Assembly (NCBI GenBank): GCA_966096025.1
Contig: CBHTTW010000001.1
Location: 1-52,031, forward strand
Direction: 5' to 3'
Length of the DNA: 52,031 nucleotides
Source of the DNA: an uncultured Alphaproteobacteria bacterium
GTDB taxonomy: Bacteria; Pseudomonadota; Alphaproteobacteria; Micropepsales; Micropepsaceae
In this document: positions 35,772-43,691 of the stretch, piece by piece
Position numbering within the stretch: position 1 is the stretch's first letter
Layout: every line of letters begins with the position of its first letter
Notes under the pieces: model-generated
The model's input: only the letters and a program-made list of their open reading frames with translations
Databases searched by the model: none
What the model was told of the DNA's origin: nothing
Made by a program: the position numbers and the translations under genes

Positions 35772-36782
35772 TTGAATTCGCTCTTCAAACTGCCCGGTCT
35801 GGTTGTGGCTGTGCTTGTCCTGGCATCAAGCGCATGGGCCCAGACACCCGCCGTTTACAAGACGGTAAATCGGGTGACATGGGTGGTGACGAATATCGAC
35901 GAAGTGCGGCCGGCCTGGGAAGCTTATGGGCTGACAGATATTCAGGAATATCCCAATGTCGCCTTGACAATGACGTACAAGGGCAAACTTTCGACCGTCC
36001 ATGCGTGGCAGATCACGGGCCATATCGGCAATCTGACGGTGGACATGATCCAGCCCGCCGAGGGGCAGCTGAACGCCTATACCCACTTCTTGAACAAGCA
36101 TGGCGACGGGATTTTTTCGATTGTGCATGAGGTGCCCAGCGAGGCGGCGCTGGTCGCCGAGATCACCCGCATGAAGGCGAAGGGCGTGGACGTGCTGCAG
36201 CAAACCAAAATGCCCAAGCAGGACGCGACCCTCACTTATTTCGACACCGAGGCCGAGGGCAAATTCAGCCTGGGACTGGTGTACCGGCCGGGCGGCATGA
36301 AGGCTGTCGATTCGGGCGCATCCGGCAGGCCGGCTATCGTGCAGCACTTCGGTGTGGTGGTGCGGGATATGCCGCCGGTGTCGGCCTATTGGGAAAAACT
36401 GGGCTTTCCGGCGCTAAAGATCGATCATATCCCGGCGCGGGAAGATTCCATCTACAAGGGCAAGCAACTCTTGTTGCCGCACTATGAGAGCTTCCAGAAC
36501 TACAATCAGTTCGGTTTTCTCTGGGCGGCGGCGCCTGCCGTGCCGGCCAACATCTATGGCGATTATCTGAACGGTCCGCCGCGCCGCCGCGAGGGAATCC
36601 AGCACATCGCCCTGGCGGTGCCCGACTTGAAAAAGGCGGTCGCGAAATATGTGAAGCTGGGATACCAGGAAGTGCAGTTCACCACCTGGGGCGTGCGGGG
36701 CAAGCCCGGATCGGGCGAGCATTCCTATATGGACACCGATCGCGTGGGCGGGATCAGCGCGGAGCTTTATCACGCGAACTAA
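35772..36782 (+). CDS. Secreted tandem VOC (glyoxalase/methylmalonyl-CoA epimerase-like) protein
   Basis: SD AGGAGA then TTG; signal ..SSAWAQ; two modules (YTHFLNKHGDGI; QHFGVVVRD..EGIQHIALAV..SYMDT..GGISAEL). Confidence 0.8.
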   Translation: MNSLFKLPGLVVAVLVLASSAWAQTPAVYKTVNRVTWVVTNIDEVRPAWEAYGLTDIQEYPNVALTMTYKGKLSTVHAWQITGHIGNLTVDMIQPAEGQLNAYTHFLNKHGDGIFSIVHEVPSEAALVAEITRMKAKGVDVLQQTKMPKQDATLTYFDTEAEGKFSLGLVYRPGGMKAVDSGASGRPAIVQHFGVVVRDMPPVSAYWEKLGFPALKIDHIPAREDSIYKGKQLLLPHYESFQNYNQFGFLWAAAPAVPANIYGDYLNGPPRRREGIQHIALAVPDLKKAVAKYVKLGYQEVQFTTWGVRGKPGSGEHSYMDTDRVGGISAELYHAN

Positions 36783-38140
36783 TCGCGCAGGGGAACGCCT
36801 TTGGTTTCCGGGGTAAAGTAAGACACGGCTGCACCGAACAGGAAGATCGAACACATCACGATAGCCGAATAACGCAGTGGCAAAGGCGAAGCCAGGCCGG
36901 CGAACACGTGGGTGGTCATCAGCGCCGAAAAGAAGCTGCCGCCGGCGGCCGCGAAGCGCCCCACATTGTAGGCGAAGGAAACGCCGGTGCCGCGATAACG
37001 GGCGCTGAACAATTCGGGCAGATAGATCGAGAATCCGGCAAGCAGGCCGAGCTGGAAGAAATACATGATCGGCATCATCCAATAGGCGTCGGCCGGGCTT
37101 TGCATCCGCCAATAGGCGAGCGCCGTCGTCACGAAGGCAGCCAGGAAGGTGGCGATGAAGGTGGCGCGGCGTCCGAACCGTTCGGCGGCCCAGCCGAAAC
37201 AGGCCATGCCCAGTCCGCCGCCGATCATCTGCAGGATATAGGCCCAGTTTTTCGTCTGTGCGACCAGTATCGCGGCGGCGGCGGGGCTGTGATCGGCCCG
37301 GAAATGGGCGGCGAAAATCACGTCCTGCAGGTCGATGGCATATTCGCCGATGGCCCACAGGCCGATGATGCCCGCCGCCGAGATCGCGGTGCCGAAGTAA
37401 AGATTTCGGCGTTCCACGGGATGCTTGAAGATCTCGACATAGGCGTTCATGGCGCTTTTGGGCAGGGCGCCTTGCTGTTTCAGCCGCAGCCAGGTTTCGG
37501 TTTCACGCAGCTTGCGCGCGGAAATGACCGCCAGGATAATCGGCGCCCCGCCGATCAGGAACATAACGCGCCATACATTCGTCATGTCGATGATGCCGGC
37601 CACCGCAAGGGCATCGACCTGCAGCTTGATGACAGCCGCCAACACATTGCCGACCGCGGACATGACCTGCAGCAGCGCCAGCATGGCCAGGCGGGCCGCC
37701 GGGGGTGCGGTTTCGGTGATGATCGCCGCCGCCAGGCCGAAAACGGCCCCGAAACTCAGGCCCGAAATGAAACGCAAGGCAATCATCTGGTCCGTGGTCT
37801 GCACCACCGCCGTGAGGGCGTTGCAGACAGCGTAGAGTGTGATCGAATGGGTCAGCAGACGGGCCCGGCCATGGCGATCGCCCATGGCGCCGCCCACCAG
37901 GCCGCCGATGCCGGTGCCGATCAGCATAAGGGCAGTCGCGACCTTGGCGGTCGACTGGACCTCAAGATCGCCGCCCGGCAAATCCATCAGGGCGGACAGG
38001 GCCGGAATGCGCACCACCGAAAAAATGCGCTGATCGAGAATATCGAACAGCCACGCGGCCGACGCGATGGCAAACACGGTCCATTGTTGCGCGGTGACGT
38101 CGCGCCACCAGGGTGCGGACTTGACTTTGTCCTCGGCCAT
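36779..38140 (-). CDS. MFS transporter
   Basis: About 12 hydrophobic segments; GDRHGRAR and AERFGRR motifs; PELF..RYRGTG; PETKG. Confidence 0.93.
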   Translation of the reverse strand: MAEDKVKSAPWWRDVTAQQWTVFAIASAAWLFDILDQRIFSVVRIPALSALMDLPGGDLEVQSTAKVATALMLIGTGIGGLVGGAMGDRHGRARLLTHSITLYAVCNALTAVVQTTDQMIALRFISGLSFGAVFGLAAAIITETAPPAARLAMLALLQVMSAVGNVLAAVIKLQVDALAVAGIIDMTNVWRVMFLIGGAPIILAVISARKLRETETWLRLKQQGALPKSAMNAYVEIFKHPVERRNLYFGTAISAAGIIGLWAIGEYAIDLQDVIFAAHFRADHSPAAAAILVAQTKNWAYILQMIGGGLGMACFGWAAERFGRRATFIATFLAAFVTTALAYWRMQSPADAYWMMPIMYFFQLGLLAGFSIYLPELFSARYRGTGVSFAYNVGRFAAAGGSFFSALMTTHVFAGLASPLPLRYSAIVMCSIFLFGAAVSYFTPETKGVPLRD

Positions 38141-38186
38141 TGTGTCTGAGCCCCGGGCGTCCCATCGGCGAATGAGCCGAGACGGC

Positions 38187-38224
38187 GTAACCACATGGTT
38201 ACGTGCGGGGGATCAGGCTGTCAA
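38187..38224 (-). promoter_or_regulatory. Promoter TTGACA-N17-TAACCA with overlapping palindromic operator
   Basis: GTAACCACATGGTTAC 38187-38202; minus-strand TTGACA 38224-38219. Confidence 0.8.
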
Positions 38225-38904
38225 TTCGCGCCAGGATGCGTGAGATAGTCCATGACCACGGATACAACATGCTCTTCGCGCTTCAGGATTTCGCGCCGGG
38301 CGCCCAGATCATGCCCGAAAATGACCGAAAGCGTGTGCTGGTTGGAGCAATAGAAATAGCTCAGCGCGGCGATGGATATGTAAAGTTGCATGGGGTCGAC
38401 CCCGCTCCGGAACAGGCCGGCCTTCTCGCCGCGATGCAGCAATCCCTCGATCAGCGCCAGCAGGTGTGAATACATTTTCTGGGTTTTTGTGGAGCGGCGC
38501 AGGTTCTTCGCCTTCTGGCGGTTTTCGTCATTCAGCATCGAAATGAATTCGGGATGCTCGACATGAAACCAGAAATTGAAGCGAATAAGCTTGCGCATGC
38601 CTTCGTCGGGGGCGAGATTTTCCAGATCCAGCTGCCGTTCGCCGGCCCGCATGGTGCCGTAAACGCGCTGCAGCGCCGCCAGCCAGATCGCTTCCTTGTT
38701 GCCGACATAGAGATAGAGAAAGCGCTTGTTGATTTTCGACCGCTGGGCAATGGCATCCACCCGCGCGCCGCCAAAACCATGCTCGAAAAATTCGCCCACG
38801 GCCGCGGTCAATATGGCCTCGCAAACCTCTTCCTTGCTGGCCTTGCCCCTTGGCCGGGACTTTGGAGCAGGCCGCTTGGCGCCTGATTTGGCGGTCTTTT
38901 TCAT
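38221..38904 (-). CDS. TetR family regulator (RutR/NicS-like)
   Basis: GARVDAIAQRSKINKRFLYLYVGNKE HTH; FRSGVDPMQLYISIAALSYFY.SN.HTLS. Confidence 0.93.
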   Translation of the reverse strand: MKKTAKSGAKRPAPKSRPRGKASKEEVCEAILTAAVGEFFEHGFGGARVDAIAQRSKINKRFLYLYVGNKEAIWLAALQRVYGTMRAGERQLDLENLAPDEGMRKLIRFNFWFHVEHPEFISMLNDENRQKAKNLRRSTKTQKMYSHLLALIEGLLHRGEKAGLFRSGVDPMQLYISIAALSYFYCSNQHTLSVIFGHDLGARREILKREEHVVSVVMDYLTHPGAN

Positions 38905-38968
38905 CGTTCCTGCTTAAGCCGTGAAGCAGGCCAATTCAATCGCCATGGCAGCTGCCCGGCAGGTCCAA

Positions 38969-39006
38969 TTGACAGTAAATTCGGGCACGAGTAACTGTGT
39001 GGTTAC
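38969..39006 (+). promoter_or_regulatory. Promoter TTGACA-N17-TAACTG with overlapping palindromic operator
   Basis: TTGACA 38969-38974; GTAACTGTGTGGTTAC 38991-39006. Confidence 0.8.
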
Positions 39007-39022
39007 TTGGTGAGGAAAAGAA

Positions 39023-40174
39023 ATGGCAACCCAACGGCTTGGCATCATCATGCACGGTATCACCGGCCGCATGGGCTATAACCAGCATCTCGTCCGGTCG
39101 ATCTGCGCCATTCGCGCCGCGGGCGGGGTGCAGCTCTCAAATGGCGACAGGGTGATGCCCGATCCCATATTGGCGGGCCGCAATCGCGAAAGAGTGGCCG
39201 CTATCGCCAAGGCCTGCGGCATTGAACGCGTCGCGGACAGTGTCGAAAGCGCGCTTCGCAATTGCGACGACAGCGTGCTTTTCGATTCAGGCTCAACCGC
39301 AATGCGGTTCGATCTACTGTGCCAGGCGATCAAAGCGGGCAAGCATGTCTATGCCGAAAAGCCGGTCGCGGAAAGATTGGATCAGGCTCTGGCGCTGGCC
39401 CGGCTTGCCAAGGACGCCGGTGTGAAAAGCGGGGTCGTGCAGGACAAGCTTTATCTGCCCGGCCTGCAAAAATTGAAACTGCTGCGGGACAGCGGTTTCT
39501 TCGGCCGCATCCTCTCGGTCAGGGGCGAGTTCGGCTACTGGGTGTTTGAGGGCGACTGGCAGGCGGCGCAACGCCCAAGCTGGAACTACCGCAAGGCCGA
39601 TGGCGGCGGCATCATCCTGGATATGCTGCCCCACTGGCGCTATGTGCTGGACAATCTGGTCGGCGAAGTCCGGTCCGTCAGTTGCACGGGCGCGGTGCAT
39701 ATTTCCAGGCGCGTCGACGAACGCGGCAAGGAATATGCTGCCGATGCCGATGACGCCGCCTATGCCACTTTCGAGCTTGAGGGGGGTGCCATCGCCCAGA
39801 TCAATTCTTCCTGGGCGGTCCGCGTAAAGCGCGACGACCTTGTCACTTTCCAGGTGGACGGAACTTTGGGCTCGGCGGTTGCCGGATTGACGCGCTGCTA
39901 CAGCCAGCATCGCGTCAACACGCCCCGGCCGGTCTGGAATCCCGACCAGCCGAATACCATGCCGTTCCAAGATCAATGGCAGGAAGTGCCGGACAACAAG
40001 ACGAACGAAAATGGCTTCAAGCAGCAATGGGAAGAATTCATCCGTCATGTGATGGAAGGCGCTCCCTGGAAGCGCGACCTGTTCGAAGGCGCCAAAGGTG
40101 TGCAGTTGGCGGAACTGGGCCAAAAAAGCTGGACCGAACGGCGCGTCATCGACGTGCCGCAGCTGAGTCTGTAA
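39023..40174 (+). CDS. Gfo/Idh/MocA family oxidoreductase
   Basis: GITGRMG, GKHVYAEKP, GGGIILDMLPHW. Confidence 0.93.
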   Translation: MATQRLGIIMHGITGRMGYNQHLVRSICAIRAAGGVQLSNGDRVMPDPILAGRNRERVAAIAKACGIERVADSVESALRNCDDSVLFDSGSTAMRFDLLCQAIKAGKHVYAEKPVAERLDQALALARLAKDAGVKSGVVQDKLYLPGLQKLKLLRDSGFFGRILSVRGEFGYWVFEGDWQAAQRPSWNYRKADGGGIILDMLPHWRYVLDNLVGEVRSVSCTGAVHISRRVDERGKEYAADADDAAYATFELEGGAIAQINSSWAVRVKRDDLVTFQVDGTLGSAVAGLTRCYSQHRVNTPRPVWNPDQPNTMPFQDQWQEVPDNKTNENGFKQQWEEFIRHVMEGAPWKRDLFEGAKGVQLAELGQKSWTERRVIDVPQLSL

Positions 40175-40191
40175 GTCTTTTCGGAGGCGGA

Positions 40192-41355
40192 ATGCTGAAG
40201 ATCACTCTACCCAAGGCGGATGGCGGGCTGGAGCCCTATGCGGTCGCCGGTGTGCCGGTGACGGCGCCCGCCGGCGCGCAAGGGTGGAATCGCAAGGCTT
40301 ACTCGGCTGCGCATGTCGTGGCCGCGCCACTGGCGGACAACAATCCCTGGCTGGATGAGGATGTGGATTGGGAGCGCACCATCGCTTACCGCCACTATCT
40401 TTGGGACCTGGGTCTTGGCGTGGCCGAGGCGATGGACACGGCACAGCGCGGCATGGGTTTGAGTTGGGGCGGTGCTCAGGAGTTGATCCGCCGGTCGCTG
40501 GCAGCCGCGCGCGGGCGCAAGGACGCCATGATTGCCTGCGGCGTGGGCACCGATCACCTGCAGCCGCGCGCCGGGCTGACGGTGGATGACGTGATCCGCG
40601 CTTATGAAGAGCAGCTGGAATTTGTCGAAGGGCAAGGCGGCCGCATCATCCTGATGGCAAGCCGCGCGCTGGTGGTGGCGGCGCGGTCTCCGGACGATTA
40701 TCTGCGGGTCTATGACCGTATCCTGGGGCAGGTGAAGCAGCCGGTGATCTTGCACTGGCTGGGCGAGATGTTTGATCCGGCGCTGAAGGGGTATTGGGGC
40801 AGCCATGATCATATGGCCGCGATGAATGTGTGCGTCGATCTGATCAACAGCCGCCCCGAAAAGGTGGATGGGATCAAGATATCGCTGCTGTCGGCCGAGA
40901 AGGAAATCGCGATGCGGCGGCGGCTGGCCCAGGGCGTGCGCATGTATACGGGCGACGACTTCAATTATGCGGAATTGATAGCCGGCGACGAGCACGGCTT
41001 TTCCGATGCCTTGCTGGGGATTTTCGACGCGATTGCACCGGCGGCTTCGGCGGCCCTGACCAAACTGAGTGCAGGCGATGTGGATGGGTTTCACGCAATC
41101 CTGGCGCCCACGGTGCCGCTGTCGCGTCATATCTTCAAGGCGCCGACGCGTTTCTACAAGACGGGCGTGGTGTTCCTGGCTTACCTGAATGGATTGCAAG
41201 AGCATTTTGTGATGCTGGGCGGGCAGCAGAGCGCGCGATCGCTGGTCCATCTGGCGGAGCTGTTCCGGCTGGCGGATGCCTGCGGATGCCTGCGCGATCC
41301 AAAACTGGCGGTGGAACGGATGAACCGGGTGCTGGCCGTGGGTGGTGTGGCTTGA
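40192..41355 (+). CDS. DUF993 (dihydrodipicolinate synthase-like) protein
   Basis: AYSAAHVVA, GVAEAMDTAQRGMG, LHWLG, DGIKISLL, YTGDDFNY, SDALLGIF. Confidence 0.85.
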   Translation: MLKITLPKADGGLEPYAVAGVPVTAPAGAQGWNRKAYSAAHVVAAPLADNNPWLDEDVDWERTIAYRHYLWDLGLGVAEAMDTAQRGMGLSWGGAQELIRRSLAAARGRKDAMIACGVGTDHLQPRAGLTVDDVIRAYEEQLEFVEGQGGRIILMASRALVVAARSPDDYLRVYDRILGQVKQPVILHWLGEMFDPALKGYWGSHDHMAAMNVCVDLINSRPEKVDGIKISLLSAEKEIAMRRRLAQGVRMYTGDDFNYAELIAGDEHGFSDALLGIFDAIAPAASAALTKLSAGDVDGFHAILAPTVPLSRHIFKAPTRFYKTGVVFLAYLNGLQEHFVMLGGQQSARSLVHLAELFRLADACGCLRDPKLAVERMNRVLAVGGVA

Positions 41356-42185
41356 ATTCGCTGGAAGGCCTTTCGATCAATCTCGCCACGGTACGCGAGC
41401 AATTCAACCTGGCGCAGGCGGTGGATGCCTGTGTCAAGCAGGGGCTGCGCGCGATAGCGCCCTGGCGCGACCAGGTGCAGGCGGTGGGCCTGAAGGAAGC
41501 CGCGGCAATCGTGCGCACCAATGGCTTGCGCGTCACCGGGCTTTGCCGTGGCGGAATGTTCCCGGCGGCGGATGAAGGCGGACGTGCGGCGGCAATCGAG
41601 GACAATAAGCGGGCGATCGACGAGGCTTGCGCCCTGGAGGCCGATTGCCTGGTGCTGGTGGTCGGCGGACTGGCGAAGGGATCGAAGGACATCGTTGCCG
41701 CGAGGCGAATGGTGTTGGACGGGATCGCGGCGACCCTGGATCATGCCCGCGCCAGCCGCATGAAGCTGGCGATCGAGCCGTTGCACCCGATGTATGCGGC
41801 CGACCGGGCCTGCATCAACACCCTGGAACAAGCGCTGGATGTCTGCGATGTGCTGGGCGATGGCCTTGGCGTGGCTATCGATGCCTATCATGTCTGGTGG
41901 GACCCCAAGCTGGCGGAGCAGATTGCGCGCGCCGGCGCGGTTGGGCGAATTTTCGCCCATCATATTTGCGACTGGCTGGTGCCGACGCGCGATCTGTTGC
42001 TGGATCGCGGCATGATGGGCGATGGCGTGATCGACCTGCGCGGCATGCGGCGGATGATAGAAGCCGCCGGGTTCAAGGGACCGCAGGAAGTGGAGATTTT
42101 CTCCGCCGAGAATTGGTGGAAGAAGCCCGGCGACCAGGTGATCGCGACCTGCATCGAACGGTATCGCAGCGAGTGCCTGGTGTGA
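41352..42185 (+). CDS. Sugar phosphate isomerase/epimerase (xylose-isomerase-like TIM barrel)
   Basis: TTG start overlapping the upstream stop; LAIEPLHP, DAYHVWWD, HICDW, DRGMMGDG, EVEIF. Confidence 0.9.
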   Translation: MNSLEGLSINLATVREQFNLAQAVDACVKQGLRAIAPWRDQVQAVGLKEAAAIVRTNGLRVTGLCRGGMFPAADEGGRAAAIEDNKRAIDEACALEADCLVLVVGGLAKGSKDIVAARRMVLDGIAATLDHARASRMKLAIEPLHPMYAADRACINTLEQALDVCDVLGDGLGVAIDAYHVWWDPKLAEQIARAGAVGRIFAHHICDWLVPTRDLLLDRGMMGDGVIDLRGMRRMIEAAGFKGPQEVEIFSAENWWKKPGDQVIATCIERYRSECLV

Positions 42186-42207
42186 ACCTCGCAGGGGAGT
42201 GAAGCGC

Positions 42208-43569
42208 ATGTCCTTCGAGTCCAGAAACCCGACCACCGGCGAATTGATCGCCACCTATCCCGAACATGCGACTACGGAGGTGGAGCGGCGCCTGCAACTG
42301 GCCTGGGACGGCTGGAAAAGCTGGTCGCGCACGTCGCTGGATGCGCGCAAGGCCTTCCTGGTGCGGTTGGCGGAACTGTTGGAGGCGCGCGCCGAGGGCT
42401 ACGGCAAGCTGATCGTGGCGGAGATGGGCAAGCCGTTGGGCGAGGCGATCGGCGAGGTCAAGAAGTCGGCTTTTGGCGCGCGGCACTTCGCCGGCGATGG
42501 CGCCGCCTATCTGGAAACGGAAACCATACCGGGAACGCCGGGGCGGATCGTGTATGAGTCGATCGGCCCGGTGTTCGCGATCATGCCGTGGAATTTGCCG
42601 TTCTGGCAGGTGTTGCGGTTTTTTATTCCCCAGGCGCTGATCGGCAACTCCGTCGTCGTCAAACATGCGGAGACGGTGCAGGGCTGCGCGTTGGAGCTGG
42701 AAAAGCTTGTGTGCGATGCCGGCGGACCGGAAGGGCTGTATGTGAATCTGTCGGTGCGGAAAGAAGCGGCGCCGCAGGTCATTGCCGATGCGCGGATCCG
42801 CGCCGTCACGGTAACCGGAAGCGTCAAAGCGGGGCGCGCGGTGGCCGAACTGGCGGGCAAGGCGGGCAAGAAGGTGGTGCTGGAACTGGGCGGCTCCGAT
42901 CCGTTCGTGGTTCTGGAGGATGCGGACATCGCCAAGGCGGTGCATTTCGGCGTGATGTCGCGATACTCCAACAATGCGCAGAGCTGCATCGCCGCCAAGC
43001 GATTCCTGGTGGCTGAACCGGTGATGGACGAGTTTGTGAAAGCGTTTGTGGCGGCGGCAGCCACGCTCAAGATGGGCGATCCGTTGCTGGCCGACACCAA
43101 GCTGGGACCGCAGGCCCGCAGCGATCTGCGCGCGGCGACCGAGCGCCAAGTGGCGGCGGCGGTGGCGGCGGGCGCCAAGGTTTTGACCGGCGGTACCTCG
43201 CCGGATGGGCCGGGCTATTTCTATCCGCCGACGGTTCTGACGGGATTGGCTCACGATGCGGCGGTGGCGCGGGAGGAGTTCTTTGGACCGGTGGCGCTGA
43301 TCTTTCCGTTCAAGACCGAGGAAGAAGCCGTGCGGCTGGCCAATGATACGGATTACGGCTTGGCGGCGACGGTGTTCAGCAAGGATGTGTCGCGGGCCAA
43401 TGCCGTGGCCGCGCAAATCGAATGCGGGGCGGTGTTCATCAACGATTTTGTGCGCTCCGACCCGCGCGCGCCGTTCGGTGGCATGAAGGGGTCCGGTGTC
43501 GGCCGTGAGCTGGGCGCGCTTGGCGCGCGCGAGCTGACGAACGCCAAGCTGGTTTGGCAAGGCAGTTAG
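42208..43569 (+). CDS. NAD(P)-dependent aldehyde dehydrogenase (succinate-semialdehyde dehydrogenase-like)
   Basis: IMPWN, TGSVKAG, LELGGSDP, catalytic QSCIAAKR, EEFFGPV, PFGGMKGSG. Confidence 0.93.
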   Translation: MSFESRNPTTGELIATYPEHATTEVERRLQLAWDGWKSWSRTSLDARKAFLVRLAELLEARAEGYGKLIVAEMGKPLGEAIGEVKKSAFGARHFAGDGAAYLETETIPGTPGRIVYESIGPVFAIMPWNLPFWQVLRFFIPQALIGNSVVVKHAETVQGCALELEKLVCDAGGPEGLYVNLSVRKEAAPQVIADARIRAVTVTGSVKAGRAVAELAGKAGKKVVLELGGSDPFVVLEDADIAKAVHFGVMSRYSNNAQSCIAAKRFLVAEPVMDEFVKAFVAAAATLKMGDPLLADTKLGPQARSDLRAATERQVAAAVAAGAKVLTGGTSPDGPGYFYPPTVLTGLAHDAAVAREEFFGPVALIFPFKTEEEAVRLANDTDYGLAATVFSKDVSRANAVAAQIECGAVFINDFVRSDPRAPFGGMKGSGVGRELGALGARELTNAKLVWQGS

Positions 43570-43691
43570 CCGCGCGAGCCGTCTGCTTTTCTCGCCCATC
43601 GCCGCGCGATGTCGAGCAAGCCTTGAATGTTATTGGCACAAGTGTTGGTATTACCGATATGGCTCGCCAATGACAGTTTGAGGGACGCTTG

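Noticed and set aside
38141-38194. Longer MFS N-terminus
   Set aside because: Its start lies inside the operator/-10 region; 38140 fits the promoter
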